A DNA stretch of 64,000 nt from Takakia lepidozioides (Eukaryota > Plantae > Bryophyta), in NCBI GenBank assembly GCA_030704615.1, contig CM060733.1:70494001-70558000 (forward strand). The letters are read 5' to 3'. A program made the translations under genes and the position numbers. This document shows positions 24,636-37,929 of this stretch, in pieces (within the stretch, counting starts at the first letter, position 1; each line of letters begins with the position of its first letter). The notes under the pieces were generated by a model. That model was given only the letters and a program-made list of their open reading frames with translations, was not told where the DNA came from and did not search any database.

Positions 24636-27600
24636 TTAAGGAGGTACCTCTTCCTTAGAAGACGAACTAAAAGTTGCATTTACAAAACTTGTCTCGGTTG
24701 GGTGTAAAGGGGAGTCGTCATCAAGCAACCTCCAAAATACACTCTTTAGCAGCCCTGTTTTATCAAAATCTTCATCATCCACCACCGTTTTATCAGAAAC
24801 TTGGTCATCCACCCATGTTTTATCAAGAACTTGATCATCAACCTCCGTTTCATCAGGAACTTCATCATGCAGCCTTGCTGTATCAGCATTTTCATCGTCT
24901 AGCCTTGTTTTATCACGATGTTCATCATGCACCCTCCCTTTCTCATGATTGCTATCAATATTTGTGGTGCTTCCATCATCAATTTCCCTGAGGGCACTTG
25001 TTGAGCTAGTCAAAATGCCTCCCAGGGATACCTTTTGGAACTTTCTTTTCTTCGAATGGAGGGACAAGTGACCCCAGTACTTGGACTTTACATTGAAAAC
25101 CTTGTGGCAAGTTTTGCATTCGAATGTTCCATTTTTAGTATCTGTAGTGGCAGGAAACCCCACTGCACTCCTATCTATACCAGTCTCTGCCTTGTGCTTC
25201 CCATTCTGATTTGGCCCTCTCAACGCTCCATGGGACTTTTTTGAGCAGTGACTTGGCAATGAGGGTCTTAGTGCAGGCAAGTTAGGAGACTCAAAGGCAT
25301 CAGATAGGTGGACACCTTCATGATTTCCTTCAAGAGAACCTCCCTGCTCCACACCCATGGAGTTGGTGGTGGCACCCTGAGCATGGCCCATACTCACACG
25401 ATGTGCCAGCAGCAGTGCTTTGGAGCTCCAAACCAGGTCACAGACGTCACAGTTGAAAGTGCGGGTGTGCTTGGAGCGTCGTAAGTGCTTACGGAGTAAA
25501 CTTCCTTTCCTAAACTCTTTACAACAAGTGGGACATATGTTCTCACTTGACTTGGTGAGCTGGGCAGGGAATGGTTGCTGCACTTGCAAAGAGGGAGGAT
25601 GTTCAATCTGGCTGGCATCTAAGCCACCCACCATGTAGCCTGTCGGACTTTTCCAATCCTCAATTGCTTTGTCACACTCCTGCAAAGATACTGGTTCACC
25701 TTGCTCCTGCTGTATGTTTGCTGGGATGTCCCCATTCATGCTCCCACCTCTGTCTGGCTCATTTGAGTTGGTGACAGTCCTCTTGCCTTCGGGTATGTGA
25801 CTAGGCAGCCCATGCACAGTTTGATGAATAGCAAAAGCTTCTGAATTAGAAAAGATGTCCCCACACACTTCACACAACAACGGTTGAGCTGCAATAGGAG
25901 CACGGTAGCTGAGATGCCTTGATGGAGGACCCCCTTCACAAGCTGTGGCTGGTGATGTAACAATGTCCTTACCTGTTGTTGCTTGCTGCAATGTGGTCAC
26001 CATGTGCGCTGCAGCCTCCTTGAATGATGCCCACATCTTGCCTTCTGGGCTGCATCCACCCACAAGAATACTGCTAGCCATGAGAACCAGAAGCATCCTT
26101 TCTCTAAAGTCCATCCTCTATCACCCTGAACTATCCACAATTTTCCAGCCAAAATCTAAGTACTGCTTGGAGGCTTTAACTGTTGGACATGCTTCCAAAA
26201 AAAGGTCGAACCAACCAGAGCAGTATACCCCTATAGAAAAGGGTTGATTGCTTCAGGCATAAAAATCTGGCAGCAGAACTATCTAGGGAGAAAGTTGAGA
26301 TTGAGGAATACGAAAGTCTGAAGTACTTAGGCATCTAACCCCACCCAAGCTGTAGAGTCGTTATGTAAGTCCACTTTGATTTGCATTTGATGTGGTGGCA
26401 CAGGCTTTGTCAAGAAACACTTTTGGCAAATGTTGTCTCTTTCCAGTAAGTAGCACTACAATAGGATGGGTACAACTACAGGGTGTAGGGTCACGGAAGA
26501 TGCCTTTCCTACAGATTAGGTCCACATGTATAGCTCAGTGTTGGAAAACATTGAGCAATGGCACAAATGGACCTTATAATAGTAACATGGCCTGAAGTAT
26601 GTAGAACCTTTCTGGCATGCAAAAGGGCTCTAGAAAAATATATGAGCATCCAGACACCAAAAATAAGAAGTAGAGAGAGAGAGTATTTGAGAAATGCTAG
26701 GCACCTTTTCCTATTCGTGAGGAGACTGCCCCTACCTGCGCCACTGTCTGTATTCAAAGAAAAGCCGACCACTCTTGTGACGCAAGCCCACGCACACAGT
26801 CCAGCCCTTGGGGAAGCCGCGAGCATCCACAATCTTGCGCTTCATCTTGTAAGCTGACCACTTGCCATCCATGCTCTCCAACTGCTTCATCATCTCTTCA
26901 TCTCTGTCGTCTTTGATTCTTACATTCTCAACATTACCGTTTTCACCATTCAAGTCAACTCGTTGTGAGGATGCGCGGTGTAACTCACTGGTCGTGGCAA
27001 TTTTATCAGCTTCCTCTAAAGACCACCCCCTAGGCCTCTCTGCGAATTGAGGCTGTTTCGAGGGTCGAGAAAAGTCATCCTCACTCCCTCCACTGCTAAC
27101 TTCCCCCTGCGTATCTCGCCTCCTCTTTCGGTCACTGCTCCCACTTCCACTCCCACGCCCCCGGAGATTACCTGTTGTGTCCCACTCAACTGCCATGACC
27201 TCTGCTGGTGATTTAGTGCACATCTCCCCCGCATCGCCTCGTATCTGCTTCATGTTGGTGCATCCTTCGGGGCCGTCTTCCTTCTCCGGCGGCCTCCCTT
27301 CCGCCTTGGTTCGTAGCACAACAACCTCACGGCATGATGACTCAGGGCTACCCCGAGTAGGATCTTGAGGCCCAGGAAAATACTGGGCATGCGGCCTTGT
27401 CTGCGAAGCACAAAGTGGAAGACCAGCTTTGCCGTGCGCGGGTATATCATCCGTTTGCCGGGGTCCCTGCTTCATATCCCACTTGCCATAAGTCTGCTTG
27501 CGGCTGCCAGCGCTCTCGTTGAAGAGAGCTCTATCGATCTTGGGGACGGCGACGACCATGTCCTGCAACTTGGCCACAGCAAATTGGGCTGAGAACCCTG

Positions 27601-27754
27601 CCAGCAGCCGCAGCTCATCCTGTGAAAACGCACCCACATCCACGATCGGCAGGCGAAACGCCTGCATGTGCTCGTCTGCTTCCCTCCCAACCGATCTACT
27701 CACGTGGGCCATCCAGGGATTATATTGTTCGACGGGCGGGTCAACGTTCGCCAA
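24636..27754 (-). CDS. MBD8: MBD8-like methyl-CpG-binding-domain protein with C2H2 zinc fingers; exons 27754-26736 and 26049-24636
   Basis: N-terminal LPIVDV..FSQDEL...VPKIDRALFNESAGSRKQTY is typical of plant MBD8. The MBD-like KRKIVDA...PKGWTV..GLRHKSGR...RQWRS|PEGKMWASFKEAAAHM is joined in frame by a GT-AG intron (26735-26050). C2H2 fingers CEVCGD..H, CPTCCK..H, CDVCDL..H and CKTCHK..H follow. A further 3' exon cannot be excluded. Confidence 0.8.
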
Positions 27755-28934
27755 TCAAGGCAAGCCCACAACCAGGTTCCATGCTATCAGAGTTCAAGAT
27801 GCAACGTGCAACGCAATGTCTTGGATGTCTCTAATTTCCCAATTCCGTCACTCCGGAAAGTTCATACCAAGGAAGGAGGCTAACTGTCTCACTGCACAAG
27901 GTCGCAACAGCGAGAGAGAAAGACGTGATCCATCTCTGCCGGGCCTGCAGACAGGCAGGCAGGCCGCCATAGCACCTTCTCCAATCTGTCGCGACGCAAT
28001 AAAGCCCAACGTGCCGCTTGCATAACTTCCTGCTCGATGGATGCACGTAATCAATCCGAATGAACATCGATGGATGAATACAGGCCTCAGTATCGCCGCC
28101 ATGCAAGCTTTTGCCTTGCGTGCCAAGTTGTCTGCCATATTCCCAAGAGTTGGTCAGAGAGTAGCAACTAGGCCGCACCCAATTCATTTCGTAAACACTG
28201 ACGAGTCTTTGTTGCCCGGTTCTCACGTTTGAATGACTGCAATGATCGTTGGTTGAACAATGGGTGCACACAACGATAGTTCTAAGTTCAAAACCTCTAT
28301 AAATATGTTTGCCAGCTCTACAACCAATTTTGGTTTGCTTGATAGAGCACCACCAAGATGTAAGAAAGATCTTTCTTTCAACCCATTCTATGTTAAGGTT
28401 TGAGCTCACCTAATAAAGTAAACCATCTATACAATTTAGCCCCCGCCCAACTTTATCAGAGGAGCTTCAGCAATACCAAGCTTCCTATGAGTTGCTGGTC
28501 GATAATGCAATGTTGAGGTCAAATTGTTGTGACGTATAACTGCAGCAACGATTAAAGGGCATAGATCTGGAGCAAATCAGTTTATATAAGGACCTCTTTT
28601 CTTCACCTTCTTTGGAGCCTGTTGCTCACTCGAGTGTTCAACATGTACACGATGAGCTGGCTGCTCCTCCCTTTTCATTTGAAACTTTGGCATATTGCCA
28701 CTTTGCTCCACAAGTGCGGCATAAGTTACCTTTAGGGTACTACTACAGGGCGTTTCATCGATTCAGGTGCAGCAGCAACTGCAACTTGTCTCTCCATGAT
28801 GGTCGTGAGTTACAAATCATTACAATTCTTTTGCAACTTCAGCAAGAAGGGAAGGAAACATGGCTTTTATGACTAGCATATATCAGTAGATAGTCAGAAA
28901 AGACATGTCATGAAGGCCTTAGAACTGCGCTGAA

Positions 28935-31417
28935 TCAGCTTTCTGGGTCTGGTGCATGCCACTTGCGGTACAGAGCACGGGGGTAGAGTGGCCTCCCACT
29001 CTCGTCAGTAAAGGAGTTGTCCTGTCTTCGTGAATCTCTCAAAATGCTGAGTAATGTCATGGCTTTCTCTTTGCCACGCCGTGTGCCATTCTCTGCCAGG
29101 GAAGCCAAGCTGTCAAGGGCACCTGCCTGCAGAGCCTGTGACTTGAAGCACATATTGTGGTGCGAGAGCTGCAGCAGCGCAGCAGCAGCATGTTCCCGCA
29201 CAGATGCCCACTCATCAACATCTCTACCTGTGCTCTCTGTTGTCTTTTTGTTACCGACCTCTGCACCAAATGACCACCATTCATGTTGGTAGGAATGACA
29301 AGTACTAAGCCAACTCAAGCTACAACCAAAAACCACACTCTTGCAGGTTCTCTGCATAAACACTGTCAAGCATTTCTGTATCTGTCCCTTCCGCAAGGGC
29401 ATGCAGGCCAATGGTCCAGTGGAGCCAATGACCAGGCCCAGAAATTGAGAAGTAACACGATAGAAATAGTAACGGGCCACTGCCGCGTACCTGGGCCTAA
29501 TGCCTCACTCAAGGGGCTCCGGGCGAGAAGGCTAACAAAGATGATGATGCCATTGAGCTCACAGATGACACAACGGCCCTCTTGAACAGAAGCCAAGTTG
29601 GACAGAATGAGTAGTGCCCTGCTCACCATATCTGGGGACTCCTCCTGTGTAAGATGCAGCAAGATCGGGACAGCACCTGCCTTTATCAGCTTGCTGCGGT
29701 TTATATGGGCAAAGGACAAATGGTAGAGGGCCATGGCTGCATCGCGACGTGCCCCTGCAGGACCGGCACGCAGCACATGGATTAGCGGTGGAATGGCCTG
29801 GAGTACACCGATTGCCATCTTGTTCTCATCATTCACGGCCAGACTAAACAAGGCACCTGCTGCATGTTCCTGTGCTGCATCAGATCGGCCCTTGAGGACA
29901 TCTATCAGGGCCGGTATGGCCCCTGCCCTTGCAATTTTCACCTTGTTTTCCTTCTCCAACGACAAATTCATGATAGCTGCAACTGCATTTATCTGTACTC
30001 CAGCATAGCGGGATTGCAGCAGCTCTATGAGAGCTGCCAGCAAGTCTGGAGTACAGAGTACTAGCCTTTGATCCACACTCTCCCTTGTAAGCCTTCGAAT
30101 TTCACATGCACCCTCCTCCTGTTCCATAGCATGCGGGTGTTTCAACTTTTGTAGTACCTCGTCAACAACTACAACTTGTGCCTGCTGCTTGACAGCTTCG
30201 TCTGACAGGTACGATGAAGGGATTGTTGCCAGAGGCAATGGAATCCTTAGTCCTTGCACATCTTCTAGTAGTGTCTCTCTTGATGTTGAATGCACATACC
30301 TCAAATGTGATGGGCACTCTCTGCTGTGGACATCATTGCAGCTTGAAGATAGCAGTGAGGTTCCTTTTGTTGGGCTTCTGTTCGTGTCAGATAAGGAAAT
30401 TGAGGGTCTACTGAGTTTCATGGAAGAATCTCTAGATGACCCCTCACCACAATGTCCTCGCCCCTTCCACAATGGGCCACTGTTTTCCTCTTGTGATGGC
30501 GTCAGAGTCGAGGAATCTAATTCGGATGACGAAATTGAGGTTCCAGTAAAATCCAGGGAGGAATCTCTGGATGACATCCCATCCTCACCATTCTGTACCC
30601 CACTCTTCCACAAGGAGCAATCGTCCTCCTGTGATATTTTCTGAGTCGAAGTAGAAGCATCTGTCTGACCTACTGGGAACACATCACCCGATACCGTGGA
30701 CCTAATTTCATCGCTCCCAGGTTCGCTATGATTAGTTGAGGACCTTCTCTCCTCAAAAACGCTACGCCTAACCGCCTCGAGCTCGTGACTCCTGAATGCT
30801 CTTGACGCATTACTTTCAACTAGCTGTTTAGCAAGCTCCATACCGGGGGATTGCGGCTTGGACAGCTTGTGCATGTTACACCAATTCAAAATAGCATTGC
30901 GCAAACCCACATTTGGAATGACGGAGAGGTGGACCAGTACCATGCCAGTCTGAAAGCATCGGCGATGGCCTTGCTCCAACCAGACTTCTATGCAGTCCCG
31001 CTCATAGGTTTGGCCGGAAGCCACAATCACTGGATCCGCCATCAAAGCCTTCGAGATGGGGCATACAAATTCTGCAGGCCATTCCTGTGATGTCCCCTTC
31101 TTGGCCTTACTGCTATGAAAGGACCACGAACTCTTTTTCTTTATACCTGTCTTTCCCTTGTTTCCCTCAATTCCCCCACTTATAAACTCTTCACCCGCTG
31201 AAGACGATTGTGGAGACGCACTGGGTGTTCTGTCATTGCCCTTGAACATGGCTGCATCAAGCTGCCCCACATCAGTGAAGAGGCGCTCGGGCTTCGGTGG
31301 TGAGGATAGTTGTTTTGTTCTCTCTCCTGATAATGGCACGCAGTCGACCTCTGCCGTTTTCACCTGGTGTCTTCCTCCATGCAACCGTTGCATAACCTGC
31401 TGCATCGAACCTACCAT
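28935..31417 (-). CDS. Plant U-box/ARM-repeat E3 ubiquitin ligase (PUB38/39/40-like); exons 31417-29491 and 29260-28935
   Basis: U-box EFVCPISKALMADPVIVASGQTYERDCIEVW; ARM repeats (NLSLEKENKVKIARAGAIPALIDVLKG, QEHAAGALFSLAVNDENKMAIG). A phase-1 GT-AG intron at 29490-29261 joins the last ARM repeats (REHAAAALLQLS...GTRRGKEKA). Confidence 0.9.
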
Positions 31418-32169
31418 GTTTTCCTGGCCCTACAGCACCCCTACACATCCTTGAATTCGGCCCAGAGCCTGCAGAAGGATTGATCAAGCTCCGACACAAG
31501 CAATGTCGTGGTCGACCTTCCACCGCCTCCACGCAGCTCAATTGCCAACCTTAAGCCACAACGTTTGTAACGAACATCCCAGATCCCACAATCTTCGAAG
31601 TCGATGTAGATGAGATCCCCTGTGATGCATTGAAAGGCGAGAAGGGACGAGCGATGCGGCACGGCATCGCACTGTGTCAGTCTCTCTCGTGTGTCGCTCT
31701 CCGTGTCAGTCTCTCTCTCGTCACAGTCTACAGACCGCTAAGTTACAGTGGGGTAGGCTGGTGTGTCGCCATATCCCACGCCACTGATGATGAGCCTTAC
31801 CAACGCCATGTTGTTCCAGTCAAGTCAACGCACATGCCTTTAGACCGCCATAACCTTACACATACATCCATCTTTTGCACAGCTTCATCCCACGTGGCAA
31901 GATCCGGGACGCTACCTCTTAAAGACAAAGTAGCTCGTGGAAAGAACTGCTTGGTGGAGGGGCACCTCTTGAGTCTGACGGCTAAGATCTTGGAGATCCT
32001 CATCGGACGGCATAAGACTACGCGGAAATTCCCATGGAGAAAGACGGGAAAGAGTAATACGGAAAGATTGTGATATGGATGAATGTGTTACAGATGAAGA
32101 CGATGTATAAGGGACGACTGTAGCAAGTGAGATATAAGTAGATGAGCACATCAGGTTTCTCTCCTTTGG

Positions 32170-34830
32170 AATTACAATTGCAATGGAGCTTGAGGATGCC
32201 CTTTTCAAACTTCAAAATAACAAATCCCCGGGCATGGATGGAATCCCTGTTGAATTTTACAAAGCTCTTTGGTCTGAAATCTCTGACGATTTTACTGCTA
32301 TGGCAAATCACCTCTTTGATAGTGCAGCAATGCCCCCTTCGATGGCCCAGGGTATCATCACTCTTGTCTTTAAAAAAGGCGACAGGTCCAACATTTCTAA
32401 CTACCATCCAATTACCATTTTAAGTGTGGCTTACAAAATAGTTGCCAAAGCTTTGGCCCTCAGGTTGCATCCACTCCTGCCCTCCCTTAATCAGACTAGT
32501 TTCATAAAAGGCAGATATATCTTGGATAACCTTCTGCTAGCCCAGGAGCTACCCCACTTTGCCCACAAAACTAATCAGGCTATTGCTCTTTTACTTCTGG
32601 ACTTTGAGAAAGCCTTCGACCGAGTCGAATGGAGTTTTCTTTTGACAGCTCTATCAAAGATTGGTTTCCCTCAATCCTTCTGCCATTGGGTTAAAATTCT
32701 CCTATCTACCTCGTCCAGTAGGGTCCTAGTCAATGGGCATCTATCTGCCTCCTTTCCGCTTCAAAGATCTGTTCGTCAGGGCTGTCCTCTGGCTACTTTT
32801 CTTTTCCTCATCGTGGCAGATTCCTTGGGGTACATGTTGCAGAGTAATAGACAGATTGTTGGCCTTAGGATCACAAACTACATCACCCGGCAAGAAACCC
32901 AGGTTATAAACTCTATGTTTGTGCATAACACATTCTTAATGCTCCAGGCTAACCCTCAAAACTTGGACACAGCGGGGACTACCCTGAATACATTTTGTAC
33001 CGCTTCTGGCTTCAAGGTTAACTGGAATAAAACCTCTGCCCTGTTAGTGGGAGATCTGACAGCTTCAACCCTTGGAGACACTCCTATCTGGGGAGTCAAC
33101 CATGGCCTCAAGTGGCTTGGTTGGTGAGACAACTACCTTTTTGGGGTACATTTTTGGTATTGATCTCACAGATGCTCAAATTTTTAAACCGACTTTAACC
33201 AAGCTGAAGCTTAGACTCGCCGCGGTCTGGCGTCCAAATTCTTTCCAGATTCAGGAAATTAGAAGGCTCATCAGAAACTTTATTTGGGGTGCGGGAAGCT
33301 CTGCAAAATCGAAAAGGCCACAAGTGGTATGGAACCAAATCTGCAGTCCAAAAAAAAGGGGGGGACTAGGGCTCATAGATTCAGAAACCGAAATTATGGC
33401 CTTATTGGCCAAGTGGATCCCAAGATTTTTGGGTCCAGAGGGGGGCCTTTGGAAATTCCTAGTGTATGAAAACATAACCCTTTCTTCGCCTCTGAAACTC
33501 TCTACTTGGTTCCCCTCTCTTCGTAGGATCACTCATGGATTCAAACACAAATCAGTTGGTTCCACTCTATGGTCCAACATATGGCAGGCCTTGGGGAAAT
33601 TTAGGCAGTTTCTAATCAAGAAACCTACCACTTCATTCTATGAGGTTCTTCGTCAACACCTGTTCTTGAATACCAATACTTTATCACCCCAGCAGAAAAA
33701 TCAAGCAAAACGTTGGTCCGCCTGGACCGTCTAGGCATCAGTCAGATCAAATAACATATGGGAGAACAATGACTTCAAAATGGCGGAAACCTTGGCTCTG
33801 TCTGTTGGATCGACTAGGGTGGGCTGTTGCCATCCTCCATGACCGCCTTTCCGTTTTGTTTGTGGTTGACTCTAATCCTTCCCACCACTCTGGTTTCACC
33901 TTTGATATTGACACTGTCAAGTTAACCCTCTCTCTTCCTCACCCCTGTGCGTATATGCGGCTGGTCTTTACCTGGCAAACCCCTAGACCCCAAACTAGAC
34001 CTTCTTACCCCCCTAGTGCAATGGCTCGTAAGCAATACCTTTGTCTAGATCCTGGGGCGCCCTCTGGCAGAGCTGGGAGATTGACCCAATGGAATGGTCC
34101 TGGAAATTCAATTCGACCCCTGAGCCTTTCTTCAACTACACCACTGGGAAAGATTACAAGGCACTATCCAGCTTTCACTGCCTGAAGAAAAAATGGGAGG
34201 CCAGATGGGAGCATTATGGGTTTCAGAATGAGAACTGGTCAGCCATTTGGTGCTCTGTTTGGATTGTCTAGACCAGCAAAGATAGCAGCATTTCTTTGGC
34301 AAGTGGCCAATAGAGTGCTCAAAGTGGTGGAATGGCTTCAATTCCAGGCAGCTCTACTCTGTAACTACTGCGCTGCTGGTATCTTGGAACCCTTGGAGCA
34401 CTATCTCCTTTCCTGTCAAGCTCCAGCTAAAGTCCAGCCCTTAGTGAAAGTCTTCTACAGTTACTGGAATTCCAAATCCCTATCCCCGTTAGATCTTCTT
34501 ATCAACTATGATCAGGTCACTAACAAAGATCTATCACCTGTCCAGTTTTTGAGACCATCAAGAGCTCCACTCTTTGGCATGTATGGAAAGCCCGTTGCAA
34601 GAAAACATTCTCTAGAGAGACCTCCACCATCTCTGCACTGCTCTCTAATGTATTATATGATCTAGGGGTAGAGTCAAGAAAAGCTTGGTCTAAAACATGT
34701 ACAGATATCGAGCGGAACTCGAGGAACGTGGCTGCCATTCACTCTGCCTTCCAGGATTCTTGGGGCAAGCAAGGACTTATCTGCAACTCCCCAATGATGG
34801 ACACCTGTGTCTAGACCAAGCCCCCCCCCA
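32170..34830 (+). mobile_element. 5'-truncated L1/Tx1-like LINE ORF2 (RT + zf-RVT), decayed
   Basis: KSPGMDGIPVEFYK, NYHPITILSVAYKIVAK, LDFEKAFDRVEW, VRQGCPL, degenerate FADD (FVHN), PKKRGGLGL, CNYC...EPLEHYLLSC. Frameshifts and stops. Confidence 0.9.
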
Positions 34831-35370
34831 CCTGGCGGGATCACCGCATGGTCCTCCACAATGTCTCCTGAGTTCGAGCGGGACATCAACTAGAAACATT
34901 TGAAGCCCTCTAATACGGCCTCGAGGCTTCATTACAGATACTGTAGATTCTCTTTAGGGAAGGTTCTCAACAATCTTTGTGCCTGAACTTACTAGCCGTT
35001 TCCCACTGTGGCCATTGCTTCACTTGTTGTTCTCCTTCGTAGGCTCTTTTGGAGCTAGCCTGTAGTGGCTTCCTTCTTACACTGAAGGAAGCAAAAAAAC
35101 ACAATTTTAAGTCAATCTGGACTAAAGTTTGGTCCAGAAATAAGGAGAAATATCTGAATATGTATTTTTAAATCATTTAAATAAATTTAAATGGATCATT
35201 TTAAATATAAATGTAAATATATAAATAATTATTTGTCTATTAATATATAATATGAGCAATAAAAAAACATTATGTATAAACTTCAGGAGAAAAAGTAGTT
35301 TCTATTTGGCTCATAAAGCAAGTTCCACTCTTCACTCGACGTTTAGTAAGAGTTGAATGAGATTTTAACA

Positions 35371-35581
35371 GTCAGTAGCTCAGTTAGTGAAGTGCACTGA
35401 GTGCCACCCAGATGATTATGAGGTCAAATCTTGCTACTGACGGGTGTGGTATGTTCCTGGGTGGTGTCCCATTCCAATGCCACATGGCGGGGTTACTGTG
35501 AAAGAGGTTATACTATTAAGGGGGCCTGATGGATGATTGTCGCTCCCAGGTGTTTCCATTACATTAAAAAATAAATTAAAA
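35371..35581 (+). mobile_element. tRNA-derived SINE (tRNA-Gly(GCC)-like head)
   Basis: 71-nt head GTCAGTAG...CTACTGAC with pairing ends, A-box TAGCTCAGTTAG, B-box-like AGGTCAAATC and a GCC loop, followed by a body and an A-rich tail at 35565-35581. Confidence 0.55.
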
Positions 35582-36442
35582 CGGGTGATAACTCGCTTCA
35601 TGATCCGCGGCCTGATGGATGATTGGAGCACCAGTTATATTCGTAACTGCGACTGAGCTTGTGAAGGCCGTGGTCATCCTCCTTGTCTGACTCGTGCTCT
35701 TCATAAAACTTTGTGAGCAACTCTAATAGTTTGCGGCCGTCTCGAAGTTTTGTATGTGTAAGCCGTCATTTTGTAATTGTCATTAGCATATCCTGAGCTA
35801 ACCCAGAGACAGCTATAACAATTACACCGACATGCTCCTCCCCAAGGTTTTCACCGAGAATAACTTCGTCAGGTAGACAGGCCACAATCCGGCCCTCAAC
35901 GATGACGTCCATCTCGTCATTGAGAAGATTGCACATCTGATTGAACCAAGTATCTCTACCGAATATATGATGTGAGCCTTTCTGACCCTCGGCACGCTTC
36001 TTTTTTTATTGTATCTTGCGAAACTTTTGTTCCTGCACCTTCAATACCATCGGCAGTGTCCTTTTGTATTTGTATCCTCCACAACATTTGTGCTCGCTCC
36101 ACCATCGGACCTAGACACCTCACTCTCCATTCGCACACGTTTCTCAACTTGACTAACTTTCCAAACAACGGGTGTCCCCAGGGCTTCTCCAAGAGTCTCC
36201 AAGAGTTTCCACGTCTGGATGTGAATACGGCAAGCTAATGGACTCCATTCCATGTATCACGATTTTCAAGATGACGCTCACTAAACTACTAGAGAGACGC
36301 CTGCCATGACAAAATCCCTCTCCCAACGTATTCGGACAGGTAGCCTCAACAACAACCTTAGGAGCTGCTGAGCCGCCGAGGTGGAGTAGACTCGCGACTT
36401 CTCCGACTGACAGCTCTTTTATGGAGGAAACCATCTTCGACC

Positions 36443-36897
36443 ATGGGAGATCTCCCGTGCTATACTGCTATGACTATCCAGACAAATTCGTTTGAACTAC
36501 AGGAAGAGAATCTGCCGCGTGACGGGAGACCTCCCGTGCAATGGACGGCACCTAAAAGTCTAACCTGATCCTGACATCCTGATTTCCCAATACATGAATT
36601 GTAAGACTTGTCTCTCCATAAGTTGACGGGAGACCTCCCGTTCCCTTGGCAAAGACCCTAAGCCCACGTTGCCTTCAAACACCAGGAAGGAGCCCAGAAA
36701 GAATTGCAGATGCCGGAAACAAATGCAAAAAAAATGACGAAGTCTGATCAAGATGACGGGAGATCTCCCGTTCTCTTCGCCTCAACCATTACACTAGCAT
36801 GCACTGACGATTGGGCCCAGGATGATTAAATAGAATACCGAATATAAATGCAAACTAAAAGTGGGGACAATGCTAAGGATGACGGGAGATCTCTCGT
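36443..36897. repeat. Five dispersed copies of the 16-bp palindrome ACGGGAGATCTCCCGT
   Basis: Copies at 36443, 36522, 36626, 36756 and 36882, each with 0-1 mismatch. Confidence 0.85.
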
Positions 36898-37929
36898 TCT
36901 ATTGTCTCTTCAACACTAAAACTGAATCGAAAAATAAACCAGGTATGGGCCCAGGGCGAATCACATCTACAGAATACAATGACACAACAACAACGTTCAA
37001 TTCCAAAACTTGACAATCCTTCTTGACTCCATGAAGGCATGAGGCGGAGGTGTCTGAGGTGTTTTATTATACAAGCCAGAGCAGTAAAACAGTGCCATGT
37101 AAACTGGAAGCAAGAGCATATTCTGGTCTGGAAACAAGAGTTCTAGCACCACAACAGTGTAGCAAAAAATAAACCAGAGTCTTTAATAGAAATTTTGTGT
37201 TCTATAAAAGCTCATCTAATGAACATGTGCTTCAACAAAAGGAGGGTTGGAAGCAAAGACAAGAAGATCAAAGTAGGGAAGCAGAATTGAAACAGCTCCC
37301 TGAAGAAACAGCTAGTGTCGATGCCTCATCAAGTTTTCTGGTTTTCATCAAATTCAAGCTTGATGAATCATATTAAGTGAGGGCCCTCACCTGGTCCCAT
37401 CACATGCAATCAAAAAATATTTAAGTTAGTGAAGATGTGGAACCCCAGGTGAATATCAGGCCTCACGCTTGTTATTGCTGTATAATATGCATTCTAAAGC
37501 ATGAAGAGATAAAAAACAAAGTAGAGATAGACCACAACCTTAATGGTTTGTGGAAGAGGACTCGACATAGCTCCAAGTACTCGGCAATCGACAAAACAAA
37601 CAATCAAAGGTTTGCTGATTTCTAGGAGCATTTTATCATGTGAAGAGACTCTCTAAAAGTTTAAGAGCGGCGCTGAATCATAATGATCAATGAAGGGATT
37701 GACAAACAATCGCAGCATAGGGTAGATTGCCCGCCAAGGGAAGAGACAACCTCATTGAGGGAATTGAAGCTCTGCCGCCATTGCGCACCCCAAGGGCGAT
37801 AGAAAAGTACTAGAATCTTGCAGGCTGTCATAAAGCGTCTCCATAGCCATCAAATTCTTAAGATTCGTGCTAAATGAGCCCTCTGACACCATCACTGAGC
37901 TCCAACAAAATGAAAACGCACGAGTATTG

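Noticed and set aside
29366-29490. C-terminal tail of the 683-aa ORF as the true U-box protein end
   Set aside because: It is read-through into the intron 29490-29261; splicing restores the final ARM repeats.
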